A DNA stretch of 64,000 nucleotides, from the NCBI GenBank assembly GCA_964016885.1, contig OZ024741.1, positions 124,744,001-124,808,000 of the forward strand. The letters are read 5' to 3'. The notes beneath the pieces were generated by a model, which saw only the letters and a list, made by a program, of their open reading frames with translations, ran no database searches and had not been told where the DNA came from. This DNA is from Eledone cirrhosa (Eukaryota). Both the position numbers and the translations under genes were made by a program. This document shows positions 8,910 to 20,700 of this stretch, piece by piece; the first letter of the stretch is position 1; every line of letters starts with the position of its first letter.

Positions 8910-10956
8910 TTACCGTACTTTTGGTAGAGGAGGGATGGTTTTTACATCCCTTTTCACTTGATCGTCTGGTGAAGGGACCGTTGAATCGTCCCTTCGGCTG
9001 GTCGTCGGCTCTTCTAAGAGAATGTCTGAATATACTCTTCGATTGATGGTTCCTCCTAGGTCCCTGAAATCACCAACTGAGTTGGGGAATTTCGTTTTAA
9101 TGTTTGTGTATTGTTTCTGTGCTATTTTTAGCAGTCTTATGTTAGTTGGCGTTTTGATTGGAGCTGGTATTATGTAGTCCTGTTGTGAAATGTCTGTGTG
9201 TTCAATTATGTAAGTCATTAGTTTCTTGTTGTGTGTGTTTATTGCCGTGCATTTGTTTTTCTGGGGGTGGGGTGTGGTTCTGCTATTTTCTAGTCGTTCT
9301 TGCTGGGTGTGTGTGTTTTGTTGTTGTGTTTGCGATGTTGGTGCTTGTGGTGGTGGTGTTAAAGGTGTTGTTGGCGGTGGTGATGATGGTGCTAGTGTGG
9401 GTGGTGATGGTGTTGGTGTTGTTGCTGCTGTGGGTCTCTTTGCAGTAGACTTTACCCTTTTCTCATTTCTTTCCTCCCTTTTCAAAGGCGACGATGCGCT
9501 GCTTCTGCGTTTGTGCCTTCTTACGACCTTTTGCCATCCCTCTCCCACCTCACACTCCATGTCTGATTCTGTGAGGTCGGGGAGGGGTACCAGCTCCACT
9601 CTTTCACTTGTTGTTGGTGATGTTTGCACTGGAGTCTCTGTTGCAGCTGCATTTGGTATTGCTGTTGTTGTTGTTAATATTTCCACTGCTGCTGCTGTTT
9701 TTGATTTCCGTGGAGTGGGTATGGGTGCCACGGACCTATCGTTCCTGGTTGCCGCTTGTCCTGTTGCTGGTAGCCGTGGAGCCGGATTCGGAAGGAGGGG
9801 GGTTTTCTCCTTTCTCAGGTCTTCTCGTTGCAGAAGGCCCTGAGGTGAGTATCGATCCACAGCGAAAGCATTTCGGGCGTTTGCCCTCAACACTTATGGG
9901 CAGTTGAGTGCCGTTATCAGAGTCTATCACATCCGGGATAGCTTCGATGCACTCCTGGTTGGTTTGGATTAGCATCTCAATGGAGGAGCCGACCCAATCT
10001 TCTCTTACTTTTTTCTGTACTTGCAGTACAGTTGTTTTGTCCTCGATTCCGACGAGGACAGACGCGGCCAGCCAAGAAGGGGTCATTCCGGGGAGGAAGT
10101 GGGTCAGTTTGACCCTCACAATTTTTTGCCCACAGTAGGAGGGCACCAACACCATTTCCTCGCTCCTTAGGGTCACTACTGATTGGGCTTTTGCCTCCTG
10201 GTGTGTGGCAAAAAGTACGTCTACGGTGACATATTTTTTGCCTCGGGTGATGTGCGTTTTCCGCTGCCACACAGACCCCAAGGCATTTTGTATTTGGGCC
10301 TCTGTGGCTCTTTCCACCCTACGGGATTTTGTACTTACTGTACGGTACGTGACCGTACAGTGCTCTTGGGTTTCGAAAAATTTTTCCGCTGCCTTGCAGA
10401 TTGCTCGGTGTCCGTTCTTTGTCACCATCTTCTTCGCTTCCTCTAATTCCTCATTTGTTATGAGGATTGTTTCCAAGTTTTTCGCAATACCTGCAAATGA
10501 GATTGGTTTTTCTCTGCTGTTGTTGTTGCCGTCAGAGCTGCTGGTACTTTTGTTGTTGCTGCAGGTACTACGACTACTGCCTCCGCCGCTGTTGCTGTGG
10601 TTGTTGTTGGTGTTGCTGGTGATGCTGTTGCGGCTGCTACTGTTGTTTTCATTGTCACTGTTGCTGTTGTTATTACGGCTGCTACTGCTATTATTCCTGA
10701 CGTCAGACGAATGAACTGGGTTTTCGTATTTCCCGCACACCTGTTTCGTCGCTGTCGTCGTCGTCGTGGAGAAACCTTGCACGCTTTGCACGAGACTTTT
10801 CTTTTCTTTCGTCACTTGCGAAAGAGAAGGGAGGGAGAGAGACACATTTAAAGAAGGGAGGGAGAGAGACAATCTTCTCTCTGCTGTAGTGATGATTGAG
10901 GAAGAAGAAGACGGAATGAGTGGGAGTGACGTATGAAATTTCTTTTTTGTAGCCAT
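8910..10956 (-). pseudogene. Frameshifted ORF1 of E2
   Basis: Split into 9736..10956 and 8910..9893. Two 1-bp deletions near 9818 and 9851 relative to other copies disrupt the CCHC knuckle. In-frame deletions in low-complexity tracts. Confidence 0.9.
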
Positions 10957-11171
10957 GTTGTTTTTTGTTTAAAATGAAATTTTGGGTACAAAACCCCAAT
11001 AACTGGTTATTTAACCCCGAAGGGCCAAATAACGGACAGAAAGACCCCTCTCACGAGGAGGAGGGTGTCTTTATCAACAATTTGGTTCAAGTTTTAAACA
11101 ATTTACAATTGTTTTAACGGTTAAAAATTACTATACCTTACAGAGCCGAGCCTCCGTCAACCATGGCATTC

Positions 11172-11207
<36 letters not shown>

Positions 11208-11238
11208 AAAAAAAAGAAATATATATATATATACATAT

Positions 11239-11286
<48 letters not shown>

Positions 11287-11311
11287 ACACACATACATTA
11301 ATAACAATAAT
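11172..11311. repeat. Inter-element spacer 2 (140 bp): copy of upstream flank, compound (AAT)n/A-run/(TA)n/(CA)n
   Basis: Matches the flank starting at 35837 except for slippage in the (CA)n tract. Confidence 0.9.
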
Positions 11312-11573
11312 GATTTCTTTATTAACCACAAGGGTTTACATAAAGTAGACATTAAGGACAGTGCAGGACAATGCAGGACGGTACAAATGGGCATTTCTGC
11401 GTGTAAAAAAACAAAAACAGAGGATGTAACAAAAATAACAATGAAAATAACAATGAAAAATTCCCCAATAGGGGGGAGACTTCGGAGGGACATTTGTGGA
11501 GAAAGCCCAGTAAAAAGCCACAATGACCCTGACCACCAAGGCAAGTGCCCTCTCCCAGTTTTCCACCTTTAGT

Positions 11574-14500
11574 TTACAGATATATACTCAGAGTCGGCCC
11601 ATTCACTCGGGCCATTCTTGCTTCTCTCACCCATCTTTCAACAAAATGCTGGGAAGAGAGCACTTCCTTCTCTACTCTGATTTTCCTTTTCAAATGAAAT
11701 TTGAAAAAGTCAATCAGAGCATCACCGAAGAGGTAAGTGCTCGTCTTCAGCCCTTTCAAACGTGTCCACCATACTATCTCTTTCGCCATGGCCACCAGAC
11801 AGATAAAAACTGCCTGCCCTTCCCGGCTAAAGGAGGAGGGCGGGGCAATCCTCACGATAGACTCAGATGATAGCTGGATCCGTCCTAAACGCGACAGCAG
11901 GTGTTCGACATAAACCCACAAGTCAGCAATTTTCGGACACTGGACGAGTGCGTGCAGGACGGTTTCGTCGCCCTGCGCGCATCTCGGACATGCCCGGCTG
12001 ACGGCACCTCCATGCCTGTAGAGTTTATCCCGAACTGGCAAGGCTCCTCGGTAGCACTGCCAGGCCAGAGATTTCTGGAAGTTGTCCATAGGCCCTGGCC
12101 CGAAAGTTCTTCCGAAGAGAATGGCTAGTTGATTTTCGTCGACGCCTAGAGTTTCCCCAAGTACGTCGTCGCTCTTCCCCTCCACTAATCCTCTATAGAA
12201 CGCCGAGGTGGAGTTTCCACCGATCACATTGCCCGATTGGTCGAGGGCTGTGAGCGCCTGAAGACATTCCAGTCTCCAGGCGCTCCCTCTCGGTCTTCGC
12301 TTGACCCAGGACTGCAGCTCCGTCAAGGAAACGAGCTGGGGAAAAACGCGTCTAGCAAACGGCGACCACACCTGATCACCGTCGAGGAAGAGGTGGAGAT
12401 GTCGTAGCCTGAGCGCGTGCCTGCGCATCATCAGCCACGGCATGCCCAGCCCTCCACGTAGCGGGTGTTGACAACAGATGGACCGCCTGACCATCGGAGC
12501 ACGTCCCTTCCACAAAAAGCGAAAGAGCAAACGCTCCAGCGCAGTCAGGCGAGGCTTAGGACAAGGTACGACGGTTAGGCGGTAGCAGATGACAGACGCG
12601 ATGTACGCGTTAGCCACCTCCGCTCGACCTTTCAGGGATAGCTTCCTCTCCGCCCATTTCTGGGTGAGAGAAGCCACCCTGCTCGTCACCTCGTCCCAGT
12701 TTTTGTCCGTCTGGAGGTCCGGACCGAACCAGACCCCTAGCAATTTAACCGGTCCGTCCGTCCAGCGCCCGACGAGGCTGTTGGACGGCATGCACCTGCC
12801 TCTCCAGGTGCCGAGCTGCAGGCCCACTGACTTTTCCTGGTTGATCATTGCTCCTGTCACCGCTTCGTATTCTCTTAGTGTAGTGCCGATCGCCTCGATG
12901 TGTTTGGCGTTCGACACCACTACGGTGACATCGTCCGCATATGCTGACACGGATCTTCCGCATCCTAGTTCGCGCGGGACTCCCCTCAACGTCTCCAGTT
13001 TGTGCAGTAATGGCTCGAGCGTCAATACGTACAAGAGGGACGAGAGGGGACATCCTTGGCGGACCGAGCGCATGATGTTGAACGGTTCCGACAGGTGACC
13101 GTTCACTCTCACCACAGAGCAGATGTCGCTGTGCATGGCAGCGATCCAGCCTCTGAAGACGGGCCCAAAGCCAGCCGCCCTCAGGACTGCCGCTAGGTAA
13201 CGATGGTCGACCCTATCGAAAGCTTTCGACTGATCTAAATTGATCAAGGACCCACCCGTGCCAGGTTCCCTAGCTACCCTCTCTACGATGTATCGCATGA
13301 GGTGGAGGTTGTCGTGGATGGATCTGTCGGGAATGGCGCATGTCTGCGCCTCTCCCACCAGACCACCAACGACAAGCGCCAACCTCTTTGCTAGCACCTT
13401 GGCCAAAATCTTAAACTCTGTGTTTAGCAGAGTTATGGGCCGGAAATTGTCTATGTTATCCCCCTTGTTCGGATCCTTTCTCAGCAGTGCCACCGCTCCT
13501 CGGCTCACAGAACTGGGAATTCTCCCGTTCTGTTGCCAGTTGCAGTAGACGTCCGCCAAGAGGCCTCCGAACAAGTCTGGCATCTGTACGTAAAGTTCAT
13601 AGGGCAGACCATCCAAACCAGGCGATTTACCCCTTGTGCAGCCAGTCATTGCCTCCCGTACTTCAGCGGCTGTTATCGGCTTTTCGCAACACTTCGCCTC
13701 AGTGGCCGAGAGCCGCGGCAGTCCGTCGAGGTAGACACTAAAGTCCATCCCTCTACCCGGCCCCCCGCTGCCCCCGAACAGCTGAGCGAAGTGTCGCTGA
13801 AAAGCTTCACACATTTGCCCGGGATCGAGTAGCATGCGCTCGTCGTGGTCCACCAAAGACCGGATCGTGGCTTTGTTGCCACGACGCGCCTCCGCCACTC
13901 GGGCCCATTGAACGGCTTTCGTCCCCTCGTGTCTGAGAGCACGCACCCTAGCTCTGACAACGCAGCCTTCGTGCTTTGCATTGAAGAATTGGTCAAGGGC
14001 CAATTTCGCCGCAAGCACGTCGGTCGCAATGCCTTTGCTAAGCGCCTCGTCTAATTTTCTAACTAGTTCTCCCTCTGCTCTATTTTTCTCTATTGCTAAA
14101 GCCTTACTAAACCTAATCGATTCTATTCTAATCGCTCTTTTCAGAGCAAACCACCACTTGTTGTTGACGATGGCCCCCGTCAACGCCCGCTTAACTAGTT
14201 CGCTAATCCGGTCTCTGTAGGCCTTGCGCGCTGGTAAGGACGCGTTTAGCTTCCAGTAGCCGGGTCCTCGTCTATGAAGCCTATCTAAGTCAAGCACACA
14301 GGTCACGAATTTGTGGTCCGTGTAGCCGACTATCTTGAATTGTGGACAGCCTATGCTAGACCTATCTATTTCCCTACAAAATACTCTATCTAGATATGAT
14401 CTGGATGACCCTATGCGGTTTGTCCAAGTCCACATTGGCACATTCGGGAAATCCAATCGGTACCTGTCAGACAGTTCAAAACGCCTGAGCAGGTTGGTGA

Positions 14501-14993
14501 GGCTCTTGCACCCTCCACCCCTATCCGCTAATCCCACACAGTCCCAGCGTGCATCTAAGATCCCGTTCCAGTCGCCCACTAACACTAAAGAGCGGGACGT
14601 TCCAAGAAAGGTCTCCAGACGCCGGAAGAAATCAGGCCGCCCTGCTCCTGTCGGGGCATAGACGGCCACTAGCCTGAAAGCTTGCCCGTCTCCGCTGGTC
14701 ACGTCCAGCACCACCAGCTTACCCTCTGGGTCCAGGAAGATGGCCCGTATGGCGAGATCCAAACCTCTCCGAAAAAGCACAGCAACTCCTCCACCCGATC
14801 CAGGACGGCTGGGAGATGCGTACACATCGTAGCCGCCGAAGATCGGTGCGAAGGCCCGTGCTTCGGAGATTCTGGTCTCGCTGATGGCCACTACATCTAT
14901 GTTTAGTGACCTGAGGTCGTTGAGCAGGTGACCCTGCTTCCATGACGACCCCAAGCCACGCGCATTTATGCTGCCTATTCTGAGTGAGGTCAT
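11574..14993 (-). CDS. ORF2 APE-RT-Zn finger, 1139 aa (E3)
   Basis: Same APE/RT/CCHC motifs; open frame. Confidence 0.97.
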   Translation of the reverse strand: MTSLRIGSINARGLGSSWKQGHLLNDLRSLNIDVVAISETRISEARAFAPIFGGYDVYASPSRPGSGGGVAVLFRRGLDLAIRAIFLDPEGKLVVLDVTSGDGQAFRLVAVYAPTGAGRPDFFRRLETFLGTSRSLVLVGDWNGILDARWDCVGLADRGGGCKSLTNLLRRFELSDRYRLDFPNVPMWTWTNRIGSSRSYLDRVFCREIDRSSIGCPQFKIVGYTDHKFVTCVLDLDRLHRRGPGYWKLNASLPARKAYRDRISELVKRALTGAIVNNKWWFALKRAIRIESIRFSKALAIEKNRAEGELVRKLDEALSKGIATDVLAAKLALDQFFNAKHEGCVVRARVRALRHEGTKAVQWARVAEARRGNKATIRSLVDHDERMLLDPGQMCEAFQRHFAQLFGGSGGPGRGMDFSVYLDGLPRLSATEAKCCEKPITAAEVREAMTGCTRGKSPGLDGLPYELYVQMPDLFGGLLADVYCNWQQNGRIPSSVSRGAVALLRKDPNKGDNIDNFRPITLLNTEFKILAKVLAKRLALVVGGLVGEAQTCAIPDRSIHDNLHLMRYIVERVAREPGTGGSLINLDQSKAFDRVDHRYLAAVLRAAGFGPVFRGWIAAMHSDICSVVRVNGHLSEPFNIMRSVRQGCPLSSLLYVLTLEPLLHKLETLRGVPRELGCGRSVSAYADDVTVVVSNAKHIEAIGTTLREYEAVTGAMINQEKSVGLQLGTWRGRCMPSNSLVGRWTDGPVKLLGVWFGPDLQTDKNWDEVTSRVASLTQKWAERKLSLKGRAEVANAYIASVICYRLTVVPCPKPRLTALERLLFRFLWKGRAPMVRRSICCQHPLRGGLGMPWLMMRRHALRLRHLHLFLDGDQVWSPFARRVFPQLVSLTELQSWVKRRPRGSAWRLECLQALTALDQSGNVIGGNSTSAFYRGLVEGKSDDVLGETLGVDENQLAILFGRTFGPGPMDNFQKSLAWQCYRGALPVRDKLYRHGGAVSRACPRCAQGDETVLHALVQCPKIADLWVYVEHLLSRLGRIQLSSESIVRIAPPSSFSREGQAVFICLVAMAKEIVWWTRLKGLKTSTYLFGDALIDFFKFHLKRKIRVEKEVLSSQHFVERWVREARMARVNGPTLSIYL

Positions 14994-15028
14994 GTTTAAA
15001 ATAGAGTGGAAAAGATGGGAAAGACCAC

Positions 15029-17122
15029 TTACCGTACTTTTGGTAGAGGAGGGATGGTTTTTACATCCCTTTTCACTTGATCGTCTGGTGAAGGGACCGT
15101 TGAATCGTCCCTTCTGCTGGTCGTCGGCTCTTCTAAGAGAATGTCTGAATATACTCTTCGATTAATGGTTCCTCCTAGGTCCCTGAAATCACCAACTGCG
15201 TTGGGGAATTTCGTTTTAATGTTTGTGTATTGTTTCTGTGCTATTTTTAGCAGTCTTATGTTAGTTGGCGTTTTGATTGGTGCTGGTATTATGTAGTCCT
15301 GTTGTGAAATGTCTGTGTGTTCAATTATGTAAGTCATTAGTTTCTTGTTGTGTGTGTTTATTGCCGTGCATTTGTTTTTCTGGGGGTGGGGTGTGGTTCT
15401 GCTATTTTCTTGTCGTTGTTGCTGGGTGTGTGTGTTTTGTTGTTGTGTTTGCGATGTTGGTGCTTGTGGTGGTGGTGTTGAAGGTGTTGTTGGCGGTGGG
15501 GTTGTCGCCGGTGGTGATGGTGGTGCTGGTGTGGGTGGTGATGGTGTTGGTGGTGTTGCTGCTGTGGGTCTCTTTGCAGTAGACTTTACCCTTTTCTCAT
15601 TTCTTTCCTCCCTTTTCAAAGGCGACGATGCGCTGCTTCTGCGTTTGTGCCTTCTTACGACCTTTTGCCATCCCTCTCCCACCTCACACTCCATGTCTGA
15701 TTCTGTGAGGTCGGGGAGGGGTACCAGCTCCACTCTTTCACTTGTTGTTGGTGATGTTTGCACTGGAGTCTCTGTTGCAGCTGCATTTGGTATTGCTGTT
15801 GTTGTTGTTAATATTTCCACTGCTGCTGCTGTTTTTGATTTCCGTGGAGTGGGTATGGGTGCCACGGACCTATCGTTCCTGGTTGCCGCTTGTCCTGTTG
15901 CTGGTAGCCGTGGAGCCGGATTCGGAAGGAGGGGGGTTTTCTCCTTTCTCAGGGTCTCCTCGTTGCAGAAGGCCCTGAGGTGAGTCTTCGATCCACAGCG
16001 AAAGCATTTCGGGCGTTTGCCCTCAACACTTATGGGCAGTTGAGTGCCGTTATCGAAGTCTATCACATCCGGGATAGCTTCGATGCACTCCTGGTTGGTT
16101 TGGATTAGCATCTCAATGGAGGAGCCGACCCAATCTTCTCTTACTTTTTTCTGTACTTGCAGTACAGTTGTTTTGTCCTCGATTCCGACGAGGACAGACG
16201 CGGCCAGCCAAGAAGGGGTCATTCCGGGGGGGACGTGGGTTAGTTTGACCCTCACAATTTTTTGCCCACAGTAGGAGGGCACCAACACCATTTCCTCGCT
16301 CCTTAGGGTCACTACTGATTGGGCCTTTGCCTCCTGGGGTGTGGCAAAAAGTACGTCTACGGTGGCATATTTTTTGCCTCGGGTGATGTGCGTTTTCCGC
16401 TGCCACACAGACCCCAAGGCTTTTTGTATTTGGGCCTCTGTGGCTCTTTCCACCCTACGGGATTTTGTACTTACTGTACGGTACGTGACCGTACAGTGCT
16501 CTTGGGTTTCGAAAAACTTTTCCGCTGCCTTGCAGATTGCTCGGTGTCCGTTCTTTGTAACCATCTTCTTCGCTTCCTCTAATTCCTCATTTGTTATGAG
16601 GATTGTTTCCAAGTTTTTCGCAATACCTGCAAATGAGATTGGTTTTTCTCTGCTGTTGTTGTTGTCGTCAGAGCTGCTGGTACTTTTGTTGTTGCTGCAG
16701 GTACTACGACTACTGCCTCCGCCGCTGTTGCTGTGGTTGTTGTTGGTGTTGCTGCTGCTAATGCTGTTGTTGTTTATGCTGCTGGTGATGCTGTTGCGGC
16801 TGCTACTGTTGTTTTCATTGTCACTGTTGCTGTTGTTATTACGGCTGCTACTGCTATTATTCCTGACGTCAGACGAATGAACTGGGTTTTCGTATTTCCC
16901 GCACACCTGTTTCGTCGCTGTCGTCGTCGTCGTGGAGAAACCTTGCACGCTTTGCACGAGACTTTTCTTTTCTTTCGTCACTTGCGAAAGAGAAGGGAGG
17001 GAGAGAGACACATTTAAAGAAGGGAGGGAGAGAGACAATCTTCTCTCTGCTGTAGTGATGATTGAGGAAGAAGAAGACGGAATGAGTGGGAGTGACGTAT
17101 GAAATTTCTTTTTCGTAGCCAT
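15029..17122 (-). CDS. ORF1 with CCHC zinc knuckle, 697 aa (E3)
   Basis: Open frame with CX2CX4HX4C. Confidence 0.92.
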   Translation of the reverse strand: MATKKKFHTSLPLIPSSSSSIITTAERRLSLSLPSLNVSLSLPSLSQVTKEKKSLVQSVQGFSTTTTTATKQVCGKYENPVHSSDVRNNSSSSRNNNSNSDNENNSSSRNSITSSINNNSISSSNTNNNHSNSGGGSSRSTCSNNKSTSSSDDNNNSREKPISFAGIAKNLETILITNEELEEAKKMVTKNGHRAICKAAEKFFETQEHCTVTYRTVSTKSRRVERATEAQIQKALGSVWQRKTHITRGKKYATVDVLFATPQEAKAQSVVTLRSEEMVLVPSYCGQKIVRVKLTHVPPGMTPSWLAASVLVGIEDKTTVLQVQKKVREDWVGSSIEMLIQTNQECIEAIPDVIDFDNGTQLPISVEGKRPKCFRCGSKTHLRAFCNEETLRKEKTPLLPNPAPRLPATGQAATRNDRSVAPIPTPRKSKTAAAVEILTTTTAIPNAAATETPVQTSPTTSERVELVPLPDLTESDMECEVGEGWQKVVRRHKRRSSASSPLKREERNEKRVKSTAKRPTAATPPTPSPPTPAPPSPPATTPPPTTPSTPPPQAPTSQTQQQNTHTQQQRQENSRTTPHPQKNKCTAINTHNKKLMTYIIEHTDISQQDYIIPAPIKTPTNIRLLKIAQKQYTNIKTKFPNAVGDFRDLGGTINRRVYSDILLEEPTTSRRDDSTVPSPDDQVKRDVKTIPPLPKVR

Positions 17123-17337
17123 GTTGTTTTTTGTTTAAAATGAAATTTTGGGTACAAAACCCCAATAACTGGTTATTTAACCCCGAAGGGCCAAATAACG
17201 GACAGAAAGACCCCTCTCACGAGGAGGAGGGTGTCTTTATCAACAATTTGGTTCAAGTTTTAAACAATTTACAATTGTTTTAACGGTTAAAAATTACTAT
17301 ACCTTACAGAGCCGAGCCTCCGTCAACCATGGCATTC

Positions 17338-17373
<36 letters not shown>

Positions 17374-17404
17374 AAAAAAAAGAAATATATATATATATAC
17401 ATAT

Positions 17405-17437
<33 letters not shown>

Positions 17438-17464
17438 TACACATACACACACACATACATTAAT
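17338..17464. repeat. Inter-element spacer 3 (127 bp): copy of upstream flank
   Basis: Matches 35837-35963. Confidence 0.9.
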
Positions 17465-17726
17465 GATTTCTTTATTAACCACAAGGGTTTACATAAAGTA
17501 GACATTAAGGACAGTGCAGGACAATGCAGGACGGTACAAATGGGCATTTCTGCGTGTAAAAAAACAAAAACAAAGGATGTAACAAAAATAACAATGAAAA
17601 TAACAATGAAAAATTCCCCAATAGGGGGGAGACTTCGGAGGGACATTTGTGGAGAAAGCCCAGTAAAAAGCCACAATGACCCTGACCACCAAGGCAAGTG
17701 CCCTCTCCCAGTTTTCCAACTTTAGT

Positions 17727-20700
17727 TTACAGATATATACTCAGAGTCGGCCCATTCACTCGGGCCATTCTTGCTTCTCTCACCCATCTTTCAACAAAAT
17801 GCTGGGAAGAGAGCACTTCCTTCTCTACTCTGATTTTCCTTTTCAAATGAAATTTGAAAAAGTCAATCAGAGCATCACCGAAGAGGTAAGTGCTCGTCTT
17901 CAGCCCTTTCAAACGTGTCCACCATACTATCTCTTTCGCCATGGCCACCAGACAGATAAAAACTGCCTGCCCTTCCCGGCTAAAGGAGGAGGGCGGGGCA
18001 ATCCTCACGATAGACTCAGATGATAGCTGGATCCGTCCTAAACGCGACAGCAGGTGTTCGACATAAACCCACAAGTCAGCAATTTTCGGACACTGGACGA
18101 GTGCGTGCAGGACGGTTTCGTTGCCCTGCGCGCATCTCGGACATGCCCGGCTGACGGCACCTCCATGCCTGTAGAGTTTATCCCGAACTGGCAAGGCTCC
18201 TCGGTAGCACTGCCAGGCCAGAGATTTCTGGAAGTTGTCCATAGGCCCTGGCCCGAAAGTTCTTCCGAAGAGATTGGCTAGTTGATTTTCGTCGACGCCT
18301 AGAGTTTCCCCAAGTACGTCGTCGCTCTTCCCCTCCACTAATCCTCTATAGAACGCCGAGGTGGAGTTTCCACCGATCACATTGCCCGATTGGTCGAGGG
18401 CTGTGAGCGCCTGAAGACATTCCAGTCTCCAGGCGCTCCCTCTCGGTCTTCGCTTGACCCAGGACTGCAGCTCCGTCAAGGAAACGAGCTGGGGAAAAAC
18501 GCGTCTAGCAAACGGCGACCACACCTGATCACCGTCGAGGAAGAGGTGGAGATGTCGTAGCCTGAGCGCGTGCCTGCGCATCATCAGCCACGGCATGCCC
18601 AGCCCTCCACGTAGCGGGTGTTGACAACAGATGGACCGCCTGACCATCGGAGCACGTCCCTTCCACAAAAAGCGAAAGAGCAAACGCTCCAGCGCAGTCA
18701 GGCGAGGCTTAGGACAAGGTACGACGGTTAGGCGGTAGCAGATGACAGACGCGATGTACGCGTTAGCCACCTCCGCTCGACCTTTCAGGGATAGCTTCCT
18801 CTCCGCCCATTTCTGGGTGAGAGAAGCCACCCTGCTCGTCACCTCGTCCCAGTTTTTGTCCGTCTGGAGGTCCGGACCGAACCAGACCCCTAGCAATTTA
18901 ACCGGTCCGTCCGTCCAGCGCCCGACGACGCTGTTGGACGGCATGGACCTGCCTCTCCAGGTGCCGAGCTGCAGGCCCACTGACTTTTCCTGGTTGATCA
19001 TTGCTCCTGTCACCGCTTCGTATTCTCTTAGTGTAGTGCCGATCGCCTCGATGTGTTTGGCGTTCGACACCACTACGGTGACATCGTCCGCATATGCTGA
19101 CACGGATCTTCCGCATCCTAGTTCGCGCGGGACTCCCCTCAACGTCTCCAGTTTGTGCAGTAATGGCTCGAGAGTCAATACGTACAAGAGGGACGAGAGG
19201 GGACATCCTTGGCGGACCGAGCGCATGATGTTGAACGGTTCCGACAGGTGACCGTTCACTCTCACCACAGAGCAGATGTCGCTGTGCATGGCAGCGATCC
19301 AGCCTCTGAAGACGGGCCCAAAGCCAGCCGCCCTCAGGACTGCCGCTAGGTAACGATGGTCGACCCTATCGAAAGCTTTCGACTGATCTAAATTGATCAA
19401 GGACCCACCCGTGCCAGGTTCCCTAGCTACCCTCTCTACGATGTATCGCATGAGGTGGAGGTTGTCGTGGATGGATCTGTCGGGAATGGCGCATGTCTGC
19501 GCCTCTCCCACCAGACCACCAACGACAAGCGCCAACCTCTTTGCTAGCACCTTGGCCAAAATCTTAAACTCTGTGTTTAGCAGAGTTATGGGCCGGAAAT
19601 TGTCTATGTTATCCCCCTTGTTCGGATCCTTTCTCAGCAGTGCCACCGCTCCTCGGCTCACAGAACTGGGAATTCTCCCGTTCTGTTGCCAGTTGCCGTA
19701 GACGTCCGCCAAGAGGCCTCCGAACAAGTCTGGCATCTGTACGTAAAGTTCATAGGGCAGACCATCCAAACCAGGCGATTTACCCCTTGTGCAGCCAGTC
19801 ATTGCCTCCCGTACTTCAGCGGCTGTTATCGGCTTTTCGCAACTCTTCGCCTCAGTGGCCGAGAGCCGCGGCAGTCCGTCGAGGTAGACACTAAAGTCCA
19901 TCCCTCTACCCGGCCCCCCGCTGCCCCCGAACAGCTGAGCGAAGTGTCGCTGAAAAGCTTCACACATTTGCCCGGGATCGAGTAGCATGCGCCCGTCGTG
20001 GTCCACCAAAGACCGGATCGTGGCTTTGTTGCCACGACGCGCCTCCGCCACTCGGGCCCATTGAACGGCTTTCGTCCCCTCGTGTCTGAGAGCACGCACC
20101 CTAGCTCTGACAACGCAGCCTTCGTGCTTTGCATTGAAGAATTGGTCAAGGGCCAATTTCGCCGCAAGCACGTCGGTCGCAATGCCTTTGCTAAGCGCCT
20201 CGTCTAATTTTCTAACTAGTTCTCCCTCTGCTCTATTTTTCTCTATTGCTAAAGCCTTACTAAACCTAATCGATTCTATTCTAATCGCTCTTTTCAGAGC
20301 AAACCACCACTTGTTGTTGACGATGGCCCCCGTCAACGCCCGCTTAACTAGTTCGCTAATCCGGTCTCTGTAGGCCTTGCGCGCTGGTAAGGACGCGTTT
20401 AGCTTCCAGTAGCCGGGTCCTCGTCTATGAAGCCTATCTAAGTCAAGCACACAGGTCACGAATTTGTGGTCCGTGTAGCCGACTATCTTGAATTGTGGAC
20501 AGCCTATGCTAGACCTATCTATTTCCCTACAAAATACTCTATCTAGATATGATCTGGATGACCCTATGCGGTTTGTCCAAGTCCACATTGGCACATTCGG
20601 GAAATCCAATCGGTACCTGTCAGACAGTTCAAAACGCCTGAGCAGGTTGGTGAGGCTCTTGCACCCTCCACCCCTATCCGCTAATCCCACACAGTCCCAG

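Larger units (their letters stand above)
5193..11171 (-). mobile_element. L1/Tx1-like retrotransposon copy E2 (full length, ORF1 frameshifted)
   Basis: 5' UTR, ORF1, 35-nt inter-ORF spacer, ORF2 and 3' UTR ending AATAAAGAAATC joined to (ATT)n. Confidence 0.95.
11312..17337 (-). mobile_element. L1/Tx1-like retrotransposon copy E3 (full length, intact)
   Basis: Two intact ORFs and the same termini as the other copies. Confidence 0.96.
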
